In this document: piece after piece, positions 24,882 through 34,462 of the stretch
Numbering within the stretch: position 1 is the first letter of the stretch
Layout of the letters: every line of letters starts with the position of its first letter
IMG/VR virus record: IMGVR_UViG_3300043171_000157
Span: 1 to 47,348 of that record
From: a virus
Taxonomy: Duplodnaviria; Caudoviricetes
Strand: one strand, 5' to 3'
Length of the DNA: 47,348 nucleotides
Notes under the pieces: model-generated
What the model saw: the letters and a program-made list of their open reading frames with translations, nothing else
The model's database searches: none
What the model was told of the DNA's origin: nothing
Translations under genes and position numbers: made by a program

Positions 24882-25160
24882 ATGAAACAGAAAGCTGGAA
24901 AATTGCGGTACGATTTAATCCCACCATTACTACTTCAAGAGCTAGCAAGAGTATTTACTTTTGGCGCTGACAAGTATGATGATGATGATTGGATTCAGGC
25001 AGTAGAGGATGATCCTAGAGCATATAAGGACGCAACAATGAGGCACTGGGAATCATACAGGATGGGAGAGAGTCACGATAGTGAAAGCCATATACACCAC
25101 CTGTCTCACGGAATGACAAACATGGGAATATTACTTTATAATGAGTTAAAGGAGGAATAA
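24882..25160 (+). CDS. dATP/dGTP diphosphohydrolase domain protein (DUF5664-like)
   Basis: KLRYDLIP..LARVFTFGADKY..W..RH..GESHDSES.IHHLSH..N. Confidence 0.85.
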   Translation: MKQKAGKLRYDLIPPLLLQELARVFTFGADKYDDDDWIQAVEDDPRAYKDATMRHWESYRMGESHDSESHIHHLSHGMTNMGILLYNELKEE

Positions 25161-25855
25161 TGGGTGAAGAAGTAAAAACAGATTTTGTATCAATATACGG
25201 AATCAACGTGAATGACCACACATCTAAGAAGAGCGGTCTAACATACTTGTCTTGGTCATGGGCTTGGCAGAAGGTAAAGGAGTTAGATACTGACGCCACC
25301 TTTGAAATCTTATGTGATAATCACATGGAGCTGCCTTGGTTTACATCACCTATTGTTGGTTATTTTGTAAAGGTTAAGACAACAATATTTAACAAGACAC
25401 TAACAACTTGTCTGCCGGTATTAGACGGTGCAAATAAAGCAATGAAGGATGAGCCATATACTTATGAGGTAAAAGATTGGAACGCATCCAAGACTAGTGG
25501 TGAGGAGGTTATGAAGACCAAGAACGTTGATGCGATTAATTCCTTTGAGATTAACAACGCCCATATGCGTTGCCTAGTTAAGTGTATAGCCAAGAACTGT
25601 GGGCTAGGGCTGTACATATATAACGGAGAGTCTGCGCCACCTGCGGAGCCAGTTGTGCCTGTAGAGCAGACAATCACAGAAGATCGCCTAACGGCTGTCA
25701 CTAAAGGCCTAACAAGCATCAAAGACAGAAAGGAGCTTGCCGATTATTGGGAGACGCTTGGAAAGTTAAACGAATTAACCGACGAAGTAAAGGCGTTGTT
25801 TGGTGAAAGAGGTAGTGAAATTAAAAAATCAATAACAGAAGGAGAAAGTGAGTAA
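25160..25855 (+). CDS. Sak3/DUF1071 single-strand annealing protein
   Basis: LTYLSWSWAW, LPVLD..NK, INNAHMRCLVKCIA, GLGLYIYNGE. Confidence 0.9.
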   Translation: MGEEVKTDFVSIYGINVNDHTSKKSGLTYLSWSWAWQKVKELDTDATFEILCDNHMELPWFTSPIVGYFVKVKTTIFNKTLTTCLPVLDGANKAMKDEPYTYEVKDWNASKTSGEEVMKTKNVDAINSFEINNAHMRCLVKCIAKNCGLGLYIYNGESAPPAEPVVPVEQTITEDRLTAVTKGLTSIKDRKELADYWETLGKLNELTDEVKALFGERGSEIKKSITEGESE

Positions 25856-26091
25856 TGGAAATTAGAGATATGTGTACAGCAACAACGTACAAGGATAGAG
25901 AGGGTAATGAGAAAACCAAGTGGACTAGAATTGGCACCACCTTTATAGATGGTGACAAGATAAGCCACAAGCTCGATGCGTTACCAATTAGCGGACAGTG
26001 TGCTTCGTTCCAAAAGAAGCCACAAGAGGGTAAAACTGGTGGATATAAAGCACCACAAACAGAAACTAAAGACCAAGATATGCCATTTTGA
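25855..26091 (+). CDS. Short SSB-like protein
   Basis: [23 protein letters not shown]-terminal DQDMPF tail. Confidence 0.75.
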   Translation: MEIRDMCTATTYKDREGNEKTKWTRIGTTFIDGDKISHKLDALPISGQCASFQKKPQEGKTGGYKAPQTETKDQDMPF

Positions 26092-26092
26092 T

Positions 26093-26596
26093 ATGAAAAC
26101 ATGTTTCAAGTGTAAAATAGAGAAAGAGCTTTCTGAGTTCTACAAACACAAACAAATGGGTGACGGATATTTAAATAAATGTAAAGAATGTAATAAGAAA
26201 GACTCTATGGTTGATTACAATAAAAACAGAAAAGATGAAAATTGGGTTGAAAAAGAAAAGATTAGAGGGAGAGAAAAATATCATAGGCTTGGGCAAAAGA
26301 AACAGCCTGCACATAAAGCAATAGAAAGCACTAAAAAATATTATTCAAAATATCCTGAAAAGTATAAGTGTAAGTGTTTGGCTGGTAGTGTAAAAACACC
26401 AAAAGGAACGCAAAAACACCACTGGAGTTATTTAGTGGAAAACGCTAAAGATGTTATTTTTATAACAAGAGCAATTCACGCAAGGCTTCATAGATACCTT
26501 ATATATGATACAGAGAAGATGTGTTATTGGAATACAATTGGGTCAATATTAGATACAAAGGAAAAACATGAGGAGTGGATTAAACAGATAATATAG
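26093..26596 (+). CDS. Zn-ribbon/HNH-like endonuclease
   Basis: [25 protein letters not shown]; HHWSY...HARLH. Confidence 0.7.
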   Translation: MKTCFKCKIEKELSEFYKHKQMGDGYLNKCKECNKKDSMVDYNKNRKDENWVEKEKIRGREKYHRLGQKKQPAHKAIESTKKYYSKYPEKYKCKCLAGSVKTPKGTQKHHWSYLVENAKDVIFITRAIHARLHRYLIYDTEKMCYWNTIGSILDTKEKHEEWIKQII

Positions 26597-26602
26597 GAGA
26601 CA

Positions 26603-26797
26603 ATGATGAAATTTAAAAAAATGAAACACCAATTATACACTGATGACTTTTGGTACGATTTAACCGATGGCGGATATATACACCCAAAAGATATTCTTGA
26701 AGATCAAAAAGATATAGACAAGATAAACAATGCGCTTTCCCTAATTGAAAGATTCAAATCAGAATGTTTCCATGAGGGAATAATTGAGGAAATGTAG
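26603..26797 (+). CDS. Phage hypothetical protein
   Basis: DFWYDLTDGGYIHP; AGGAG SD. Confidence 0.7.
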   Translation: MMKFKKMKHQLYTDDFWYDLTDGGYIHPKDILEDQKDIDKINNALSLIERFKSECFHEGIIEEM

Positions 26798-26805
26798 GAG
26801 GAAAT

Positions 26806-27138
26806 ATGAGCGATAAGGTTTTATTACAGAAAGAGAATATAGTACGCATTGGTTGTGGCCAGTGGTTAGATCGCACAGGCGGAAGGGGCTGTGGAGTTAC
26901 TATTGAGAGACAAAGAGTGCCTGTGGCGTACACTGATAATGAGGTGAGTGCTAGCCAATCACAACTACCATCAATAATGTCAGACGAAGAGATTATTGAA
27001 AACACAGAATACTTTGTAGAAATAAGAACACGAGGATCTGAGGATCGTGTAAAATTTAGAGGGGATAAAAAAGGAAGAGACGAATACTTTGAGAAATTAA
27101 AGAAAATCTTACCTGAAATGATCGAACTAGATACTTAG
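26806..27138 (+). CDS. Hypothetical protein
   Basis: AGGAGG SD. Confidence 0.7.
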   Translation: MSDKVLLQKENIVRIGCGQWLDRTGGRGCGVTIERQRVPVAYTDNEVSASQSQLPSIMSDEEIIENTEYFVEIRTRGSEDRVKFRGDKKGRDEYFEKLKKILPEMIELDT

Positions 27139-27231
27139 GGAGTAAAATGCAATCTCAACCAAGTGACAAGATTGATAAAAAAATACAACGTCTAGAGAGG
27201 CCAACCATTAGAATCCCACGGTGGAGATATA

Positions 27232-27681
27232 ATGAGCTTCTCGATAAGGAAAAAGAATTGGAGGGTGATGGTGATTTTTCAGAGGGCCAAACTATGTTTT
27301 GATAATCAAGAAGACTATGACTCCACAAGAAGAATGATGGACGATCATCACTTGTCTTATTCAAACGTATTTAATATCGGTAAAGAGATTATGTTTAGCG
27401 ACATAAGCAGGATAAGCGGTTTACAGTATAAGACAGCCTACCTAGATGCTTTTATATATCAGAAGATGTCACAGAAGAGAACTCTTGTGCCTTGGAAGGT
27501 TGTGAAGAATAAAGGCAAAAAGGAAAACCTTTATCCCATAAAGATATATAAGATGGAGAAGTTAGAGCGCAACTCTATATTGATAATATATTCAGACGAG
27601 AACACGGAAGAAGGAAAGTACAAGTGCATAAAGAAAGTAGATACCCTCATAGACAACACTGTCTTGAGTGAATTTTTTTAG
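27232..27681 (+). CDS. Hypothetical protein (start uncertain)
   Basis: 149-aa ORF. Confidence 0.6.
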   Translation: MSFSIRKKNWRVMVIFQRAKLCFDNQEDYDSTRRMMDDHHLSYSNVFNIGKEIMFSDISRISGLQYKTAYLDAFIYQKMSQKRTLVPWKVVKNKGKKENLYPIKIYKMEKLERNSILIIYSDENTEEGKYKCIKKVDTLIDNTVLSEFF

Positions 27682-27689
27682 GGGAGCGT

Positions 27690-28139
27690 ATGAAGGTAAG
27701 TAAGAATTTTAGCGTAGAAGAGTTTATTCCTAAAGATACTTTTAAAACATTAGGCGCTAGGTCGATTGTTCTTCTTGACGATAGAATTATACATGTTGCA
27801 CAGGCGCTTAGAGAGGTGTACGGCTCTGCAAACATAAACGAGTGGCTTTGGGGTGCAAATGCAAACTTTAGGGGTTGGAGGCCGTTTTGGCTTGAGAAGG
27901 ACGGCGACACTGAGTTCGCCGAATACTCTCAACATAAATTTGGCAGAGCAATTGACTTGAATTTCTTTTCTGTCTCAAACAATATTGTAAGAGAGGAGAT
28001 AAGAGAGAATCAAAAGTTTTGGTATAATATAGGTATTCGTAGAGTTGAGAATGATACGACACACCTACATGTTGACGTTGGTGAATCAGGAAAAATAGGG
28101 GAGATATACTTCTTTGACAAACCCATAAAGGAGGAATAA
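27690..28139 (+). CDS. Peptidase M15 family, probable endolysin
   Basis: SKNFSVEEF, GWR, SQHKFGRAID and HLHVD Zn motifs. Confidence 0.88.
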   Translation: MKVSKNFSVEEFIPKDTFKTLGARSIVLLDDRIIHVAQALREVYGSANINEWLWGANANFRGWRPFWLEKDGDTEFAEYSQHKFGRAIDLNFFSVSNNIVREEIRENQKFWYNIGIRRVENDTTHLHVDVGESGKIGEIYFFDKPIKEE

Positions 28140-28585
28140 TGCCTACATTCCACGAGTTTAAAGTAATAATGGGTGAGAGAATTGGATCTGTTGAGAATAA
28201 AATCTACGTTGTTGAAGATATAGACGATGAGGATGAAGTTAATGATGTTTTTGAAAGGCTTGAAAAAGGTGAAAATGATGGCCTTGAATATGAAATAGAT
28301 GTTGAAGATGTAACAATAGCGGTGGAGGGACACAAGGTAATAGATATTGAAGACATACATGGTTGGAATCAAAGCGACCGTGAAGATTGCACAACATTGT
28401 GGTATGAAGATGGTTTAACAAGTATAGTAGTAATGGGTTACGAAGAATTTACGGAATTAATGGAGGATTACGGTTATGAAGTCGGAAGAAGCAGACAAGA
28501 AGAAGTTGATGAAGGAGTTGAAGAAGGATGGTTTAAGAGATTCTGCAACGCTTGGATTGGGGAAAGAGGCAGACACTTCGGGTGA
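28139..28585 (+). CDS. Highly acidic hypothetical protein
   Basis: GGAGG SD, TAATG coupling. Confidence 0.7.
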   Translation: MPTFHEFKVIMGERIGSVENKIYVVEDIDDEDEVNDVFERLEKGENDGLEYEIDVEDVTIAVEGHKVIDIEDIHGWNQSDREDCTTLWYEDGLTSIVVMGYEEFTELMEDYGYEVGRSRQEEVDEGVEEGWFKRFCNAWIGERGRHFG

Positions 28586-28784
28586 AGAGATTGTAGTTAA
28601 AAACGTAACAGTAAAGGTTGGTGACATAGAGTACGTTATGGACGATGCCGCTGTTGGCGCTATGCAGGCTGTTGACATGATGATCGAAACCCTTATACAG
28701 TTTAGACTTGACATTATAGGTGTTAAGCCAGAAGAGGTGTTAGAGGGAAAAACAGGGGCAGAGCTACTAGATGGGAAACAATAA
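28476..28784 (+). CDS. Hypothetical protein
   Basis: GGAGG SD; overlaps the upstream gene by 110 nt. Confidence 0.6.
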   Translation: MKSEEADKKKLMKELKKDGLRDSATLGLGKEADTSGEEIVVKNVTVKVGDIEYVMDDAAVGAMQAVDMMIETLIQFRLDIIGVKPEEVLEGKTGAELLDGKQ

Positions 28785-29016
28785 AAAACATGGGGCTGTC
28801 CAAGCCTCGTACCTACCGAAGCTCGTTGATAGCGAACCGTCTCTTGCCGAGAAGTACATTGGACTCAGAAGACACGAGTTCTATAATGAAAAAGGATTTA
28901 TGGTTGCCGTGGTTGCAAATGAAAAAGGTGAAATAAGATATAAATCACCGTTTGTGCTCTATGAGACCATAAAGGAAATGGAGGAAAAGTATGGCGGAAA
29001 CAAAGCCAAAACTTAA
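28771..29016 (+). CDS. Hypothetical protein
   Basis: Packed ORF. Confidence 0.6.
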   Translation: MGNNKKHGAVQASYLPKLVDSEPSLAEKYIGLRRHEFYNEKGFMVAVVANEKGEIRYKSPFVLYETIKEMEEKYGGNKAKT

Positions 29017-29233
29017 GAAAACTCAAGCAATGAGAATTACCGATCTTGAAAAACAGGTTGGCTTTCTTAATAACGAAAGAAAGCTCATGTGGAGTATTAT
29101 AACAAGTATGTGCGACCATAAATTTACATACATAAAAGACGAGTCTGGGAAGACCGTAAAGTATGGAAAGAAGTGTGATAAGTGTACTATGGCTTTTCTC
29201 ATTAAGGAGGGGGAGTATAATGAACACATGTAA
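28991..29233 (+). CDS. CxH...CxxC hypothetical protein
   Basis: GGAGG SD; MCDHKF...KCDKC. Confidence 0.65.
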   Translation: MAETKPKLKKTQAMRITDLEKQVGFLNNERKLMWSIITSMCDHKFTYIKDESGKTVKYGKKCDKCTMAFLIKEGEYNEHM

Positions 29234-29375
29234 CCATGACCTAATCTACTATATTGACCAAGAGGCCGATCAGTGCGCCACCGTTAATGGGTATTATAGT
29301 TTTTGCTCGGAATGCAATAAACACACAAGTATAACAAGGGAAGAGTATGAAAGGAAATCGGCTGATACTGAATAG
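29220..29375 (+). CDS. CxH...CxxC mini-protein
   Basis: MNTCNHDL...FCSECN; GGAG SD. Confidence 0.6.
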   Translation: MNTCNHDLIYYIDQEADQCATVNGYYSFCSECNKHTSITREEYERKSADTE

Positions 29376-29670
29376 CATACCAAAGAAGAATAGCTGGACT
29401 GACCCTGAGATACTAATGGTTCACGCCTGCTTTCAGATACTTGTAAATTGTGTAGAGAAGGAGGGTGTATTCAGGAGCACCGGAAGGAAATACGAGCTCG
29501 AAGGGGGTGATCAATCTGATGAAGCTAAGGAGCTTCAAGTTAAGTTAAAGGAATTATTTAAACTGTATAGATGGTGGAAGAGTGTTGGTAGTAAGATACC
29601 GTACGACGACAAAGATTTTACAGAAAAACTAACAAAGTTAATAGTATTAAGGGAATTATTATGGACGTAG
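29347..29670 (+). CDS. Phage hypothetical protein
   Basis: WTD..MVHACFQILVNCVEKE...LYRWWK...LWT. Confidence 0.7.
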   Translation: MKGNRLILNSIPKKNSWTDPEILMVHACFQILVNCVEKEGVFRSTGRKYELEGGDQSDEAKELQVKLKELFKLYRWWKSVGSKIPYDDKDFTEKLTKLIVLRELLWT

Positions 29671-29832
29671 ATAATAAAGAAAGAATGTTTATGATTAAAG
29701 AGAGTGAGATCAAGGGTCTTCACATCCAACTTGGTGAGGGTATATTCAAGTTTGTATCTCCAATAATAAATAAACTCGCAAATCTTCCAGAAATTAAAAT
29801 CAAACAAGTAGAAGAAGAAAAGAAGGTTAATA

Positions 29833-30201
29833 ATGGCGAAGAAGTCACAGAATAATAATATAAGAATGGTTGTGAATGGTATAAAGTTTGACTCTAAGAA
29901 AGAGGCGACCCATTATATCTTATACAAGGGAATGGAAAAAGAGGGGCATATAACCAATCTTGTGTGTCACCCCAAGTTTATATTACAGGAGAAATTTAGG
30001 AGCAATGGCGTTCACCATAGAGCTATAACATACTCTGCTGACTTTAGTTTCCATGATGTAGAGACCGATACAGATATGCTTATAGATATAAAGCCGTGGG
30101 ATAAGAAAACTGAGAAGTTTTTACTCAAAGAAGTATTCAGGATAAAAAGGAAACTGCTTGCTAAGGCGTTTCCAGATTTACCTAATATTACTTTAGTTTA
30201 G
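29833..30201 (+). CDS. DUF1064 PD-(D/E)xK endonuclease-like protein
   Basis: NGIKFDSKKEA, HPKFILQ, ITYSADF, IDIK. Confidence 0.85.
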   Translation: MAKKSQNNNIRMVVNGIKFDSKKEATHYILYKGMEKEGHITNLVCHPKFILQEKFRSNGVHHRAITYSADFSFHDVETDTDMLIDIKPWDKKTEKFLLKEVFRIKRKLLAKAFPDLPNITLV

Positions 30202-32534
30202 AACTCTATACTTTCTGTTCTCTTAGATTTGTCCTTCTTTCTTTTCTGAGCGTGATCAACAGCTCTAAAGAAATTAGGGTTTTTATCTACCACATCTTTT
30301 GGAATATCATCTATAGACCCGTCAATATTATTCAGCATCTTAGCAAATACTGTTGCACTAACAACCTTATTATCGACAAACGCATTAATTAATATCTTAA
30401 AATCTATATTCGTGAACTCGTCCAATGTTAATGGTATCTTACCCTCTGGATCTTTCTTTAGTAGTTTTTTAAGTTTATCATTCTTCTTGGCTATCTGTCT
30501 CAGCGCCTTCCCTGTTTTCTTACCAATAGCGCCAATACCGAAATTTTCATAAAACTGTCTACCTAAAAAGTTGGCAAACTTAACGGGTGTTGGTAATAGA
30601 GTTATATTCATACCGCTAACAAATGGCGATGGCTTCTGACCCTGTATCGAGCGTTCAATTATTCCTTCTGATGTAATGGTTCCAGAACGAGCCGCATCTA
30701 TTGTAGTGGGGTTTTTAAAGAACCCTATGTTGTCTGCTACAGCCGCTCTCTCAACGAGATCAGAGTAGTTCATATCTAACAACCTATCAACCTGCTGTAC
30801 TCTTTCAAACGGGCCTCTACGCCCTTCTTTCAATCCTTGTATGGCTTCATCTATCATCTTAACAAAATTATCTTTTACCTTAGACACGTTTCCGGCTGAC
30901 AAATTAAACCGTTTTGTATTTGGCCCCATAACAAGCTCTGCAAGACTAACCACATTCTCTTGGATATCCTCTGTTATGTTTTTTATGTCGCTGTAGTTTT
31001 GTAAGAAACTAGTCTTTCTTGTCTTATCTAAATCTTGTAGCCCTCTTACAACTTTATCGTCAAGCCACTCTCTCATAGATGATGCAAGCAACTCAGCTTG
31101 GTCGTCAGATACATTTACAGGGAGTTTGTCACCCTTTAGCGCTCTGTTCACTTTTGATATTTCCGCTCTAATATCAGAACCACTCATGTTTGTTTTGATT
31201 CTAACATGGAACCTTGCAAGTAGCTTATTCACGGCCTTATCATCTATACCATCAAAACTTTCAGACAACTTGTTTCCGAGGTGTGACTTAAAACTTGAAA
31301 CATCGTCGCCTGTTGTTGATCTTAATCCTTTGTTTTCAAACGACTTTAATTCGTCAAACTGTTTACTGGCCTTAAATACATCGGTTTCACCTTCAACATT
31401 TTTAATTGGAACTTCTCTTGTTTTACCACCAACAAGCCTCTGCTCACCAAATTCTTTAGTCTTAAATTTACCGGTAACAAATCTGTTCACAAAATCCGTA
31501 GCCGTTCCATCGTTAAGAACAGGTGTTCCTTTTTCTGGATTAACATCAAAGTGAAACTTTATGTCGTCCATTGTTTTTTGAGCGCCACCAAATTCTTGTA
31601 GTTTCGCTATGTCTGCTTGCTTTAGCTGTATATCAGAACCCAGTATCTTCGACACTTCCTTGTTATGGGCTAGTTCGGCCGGTCTGAGAGATTGTACGCT
31701 TGCGTCTTTTGGGAATTGCTTTCCAAATCTTGTAGCCCCAGAACCTATCTCTTGTACTGTGCTTTTTATGGATTTAGCGGCAGACCCTGCTATAGAAGCA
31801 ACAATCGTTGGGTCGTTGACTAGACTAACAAGAACCTCTCTAACAACGGCTCTAACTTCATCATTATCGTCGGCCTTGCCAGAATCCCTTAGATCCTTTA
31901 TTTCTTTTCTGGCTTCATTTATTTCCTCAGTAAAAAACGTTCTGGTCTCTTCGTCTCTTGGGTCTTTAAATCCGCCCTCACTACCTATAGACAAAAGAGA
32001 AGCAAAAGACCTTTGTGGCATTGTAAGTAAACCCCAGATGTATTCTGTTGGATCTCCCTCTTTTAATGCGCGTATTCTTGCTTGTCTAGAAACAAACGTG
32101 TCTGCAATTCTTGTCATTACCGGATCATTAGGATCAAGTCCGGCCTCTTCCATTTGAGAGGCTGTAATTTTATCACCCCTCTGTTCTCTGGTTAACCCTT
32201 CTATATCTCTTTGTACTACTGTTGTGCCATCTTGAGATATGGGCGCTTGTTCAGTAGCGACCTGCTCAAGTGTTTGCTCTGGTTGTGGCTCTGTAACTTG
32301 TGATTGTTCGGCTTGGTCAAACTGAGCCTGTGTTTGTTGAAGTTGATCACGCTCACTAGGAGTAACAAGAAACTGGTTTCCTTCGTCGGTTTGAATGTCA
32401 CCAGATATTTGTGCGTTAGTTTGTTCGCCACCTTGCAATTCTTGAAACTGAACCGCTAATGCTCGCTCTATTTCTTCAACTGGTGTTCCTTCTGGGAACT
32501 CAATTACTTCCCCTTCAAATTCTATAATTGGCAT
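30198..32534 (-). CDS. Probable internal virion/DNA ejection protein
   Basis: 778 aa, last gene of the structural arm, IEFPEGT N-terminal motif typical of podophage ejection proteins. Confidence 0.65.
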   Translation of the reverse strand: MPIIEFEGEVIEFPEGTPVEEIERALAVQFQELQGGEQTNAQISGDIQTDEGNQFLVTPSERDQLQQTQAQFDQAEQSQVTEPQPEQTLEQVATEQAPISQDGTTVVQRDIEGLTREQRGDKITASQMEEAGLDPNDPVMTRIADTFVSRQARIRALKEGDPTEYIWGLLTMPQRSFASLLSIGSEGGFKDPRDEETRTFFTEEINEARKEIKDLRDSGKADDNDEVRAVVREVLVSLVNDPTIVASIAGSAAKSIKSTVQEIGSGATRFGKQFPKDASVQSLRPAELAHNKEVSKILGSDIQLKQADIAKLQEFGGAQKTMDDIKFHFDVNPEKGTPVLNDGTATDFVNRFVTGKFKTKEFGEQRLVGGKTREVPIKNVEGETDVFKASKQFDELKSFENKGLRSTTGDDVSSFKSHLGNKLSESFDGIDDKAVNKLLARFHVRIKTNMSGSDIRAEISKVNRALKGDKLPVNVSDDQAELLASSMREWLDDKVVRGLQDLDKTRKTSFLQNYSDIKNITEDIQENVVSLAELVMGPNTKRFNLSAGNVSKVKDNFVKMIDEAIQGLKEGRRGPFERVQQVDRLLDMNYSDLVERAAVADNIGFFKNPTTIDAARSGTITSEGIIERSIQGQKPSPFVSGMNITLLPTPVKFANFLGRQFYENFGIGAIGKKTGKALRQIAKKNDKLKKLLKKDPEGKIPLTLDEFTNIDFKILINAFVDNKVVSATVFAKMLNNIDGSIDDIPKDVVDKNPNFFRAVDHAQKRKKDKSKRTESIEF

Positions 32535-33760
32535 TATATCCTCTCAAGTTTTCCGGTTGCCGGATTGAATTTCATGGTTGCTTTCTTTTTAGGTGTGGTT
32601 GCCTCTACTGCACCAGACTCACCTTGTTCGGCTTCTTTCATTTGCTTGATTAAATCAGTAAGATCTGGTATATCTTCTGATAGTATTAGAGAACCCTCCG
32701 CAAGCATTGCCTCTACTTCTTTTGGAAATCTACGTCTAGCTTTATCTATTCTACCTTTAAACATTTTCTTTGTTTTTAATATTTGCTTATTAATCTCTGT
32801 AAGGAATGAAATACCATCTCTACCTGCCGCAGAGTTCAGCGCGTCTCTAATCGATGTTCTTTCTTTGTCTGATACCGCAACACCAGAGAGCATTTTTTGA
32901 TATGTGAAAACAAACTGTTTCTTTGCCGCAGAGTTTTTATTAAATGCGTTTTTGTATTTTGCTAAGTTGCTTGCTGTTTCTGGTGCGAGCCCTGATTTGG
33001 TTAGGGCGTTAGACGCTAGAGTAAGTGCAGACTGTGGTATAAACGACTCAAATGCGCCAAGACCAGTGATCCCGCCACTCTCGTCTAATCCAGATTCTTT
33101 AAACGTATTAACCGCTTGTTTGGCTGATTCAATATCAAACTCAGATGTTTTTTCTCCAAAGAGAATCTTATCTGCTTCTGTAAATTCTTTAATCTCCAAG
33201 TTTCTCGATGTGGTTGCCCCTTTTTCTGTAGACAGCACTAATTGATCTTCTTTTCTTTTAATTTCATCAAGGGTTAGCGATGGTGGTTTAATGCTTGCAA
33301 TGTTTCCAGATGCGGCAAGAGCTATATTCTTTAATCTTAGCTGTTCTTCCGGTTTAGCCCCTGATTGTATTGACTTTGTAAAGGCTTCGTTAGCAACTTT
33401 AAATGCGTTAGACTCTTTGCCAGTGCCACCAGCCTTTGCTTTTTGTTGTTCTTTATTCCAATTATCTAACATTGCGTATGCTTTGATAAGCGCCTGCTTG
33501 TCGCCACTACTGGCGACAGATGCTAGAACTTCCGGTCTTGGAAAGCCAACCTTTGTAGCCCATTCAAGCAAACCTTGTTTACCTTTAAACAATTGCTTAT
33601 TCCATGCAGCTTGTTTTTGAGCGTTACTAACGCCGCTTACTGTTGCTGATATAGCTCTGAATCCAGTGTTTATCGCACCAGACACCTGTTTGGCCTGTCT
33701 TGTATCTGCACTAAATTGCGTATCAATCTGCGCTAGTCTTAATTCTTCTGGTGTAGGCAT
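32534..33760 (-). CDS. Probable ejection protein
   Basis: Helical and Ala/Lys-rich, SGVAVSDKE motif, position. Confidence 0.6.
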   Translation of the reverse strand: MPTPEELRLAQIDTQFSADTRQAKQVSGAINTGFRAISATVSGVSNAQKQAAWNKQLFKGKQGLLEWATKVGFPRPEVLASVASSGDKQALIKAYAMLDNWNKEQQKAKAGGTGKESNAFKVANEAFTKSIQSGAKPEEQLRLKNIALAASGNIASIKPPSLTLDEIKRKEDQLVLSTEKGATTSRNLEIKEFTEADKILFGEKTSEFDIESAKQAVNTFKESGLDESGGITGLGAFESFIPQSALTLASNALTKSGLAPETASNLAKYKNAFNKNSAAKKQFVFTYQKMLSGVAVSDKERTSIRDALNSAAGRDGISFLTEINKQILKTKKMFKGRIDKARRRFPKEVEAMLAEGSLILSEDIPDLTDLIKQMKEAEQGESGAVEATTPKKKATMKFNPATGKLERI

Positions 33761-33762
33761 TG

Positions 33763-34452
33763 TTATCTCCTTGGGAAATAGCCGTTCTTAACAAACGAGT
33801 TCATCATATCTTCACTTTTATTTAATCTTGAGGAAAGAGCGTTAGTATATCTCTGGAACGAATCAACCCTTTTCTGTGTAGATCTGTCTTCTATTCCCCT
33901 CTGTTCGCTTCTTTCTCTAAAACCTAAATCAATATTAAATCTTCGACGTTCCTCTTGTTCTGTTCCAGTTCTACGAATAATCGCCTTTTTCTCAGCCTGT
34001 TTTAACGCTTTAATTTTTCTCTCAGTTGCTTTGCCGTTAAGATAGTTGCTAACCCCGAAAGATACTACGTCAAGTATAAGACCTACACCGGCACCTACAC
34101 CGGCACCTACAGCTGTTCCAACAACAGGAAGAACCGATCCAACTACTGCACCGGTAGCCGCACCAGCGGCTGTGCCCGCGAAGTTTAATCCTGTTGGACT
34201 ACCAACATTACCTAGTTGTGCGGAAATTGCATTAACTTGATCTGGTGTTATCCCGCCACCGCTCTGTGAGAAGTTATCACCGGTTCCTATGTTTGCTGGA
34301 GTGGTGTTAAATAATTCACTAGAGCTCGATTGGAGAGTGTTTTGTTCTTCACCAAGCAATGTACTTTTAGCGCTTGGTCGAGATAGTGTTGTTGGTGAAT
34401 TTAAACCTGCATTTAAAGGTTGTCCTCCAAATAAGTTTGGGTCAATTGCCAT
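33763..34452 (-). CDS. Probable ejection (pilot) protein with glycine zipper
   Basis: GAATGAVVGSVLPVVGTAVGAGVGAGVG followed by a coiled coil. Confidence 0.65.
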   Translation of the reverse strand: MAIDPNLFGGQPLNAGLNSPTTLSRPSAKSTLLGEEQNTLQSSSSELFNTTPANIGTGDNFSQSGGGITPDQVNAISAQLGNVGSPTGLNFAGTAAGAATGAVVGSVLPVVGTAVGAGVGAGVGLILDVVSFGVSNYLNGKATERKIKALKQAEKKAIIRRTGTEQEERRRFNIDLGFRERSEQRGIEDRSTQKRVDSFQRYTNALSSRLNKSEDMMNSFVKNGYFPRR

Positions 34453-34462
34453 AATATTTCCT

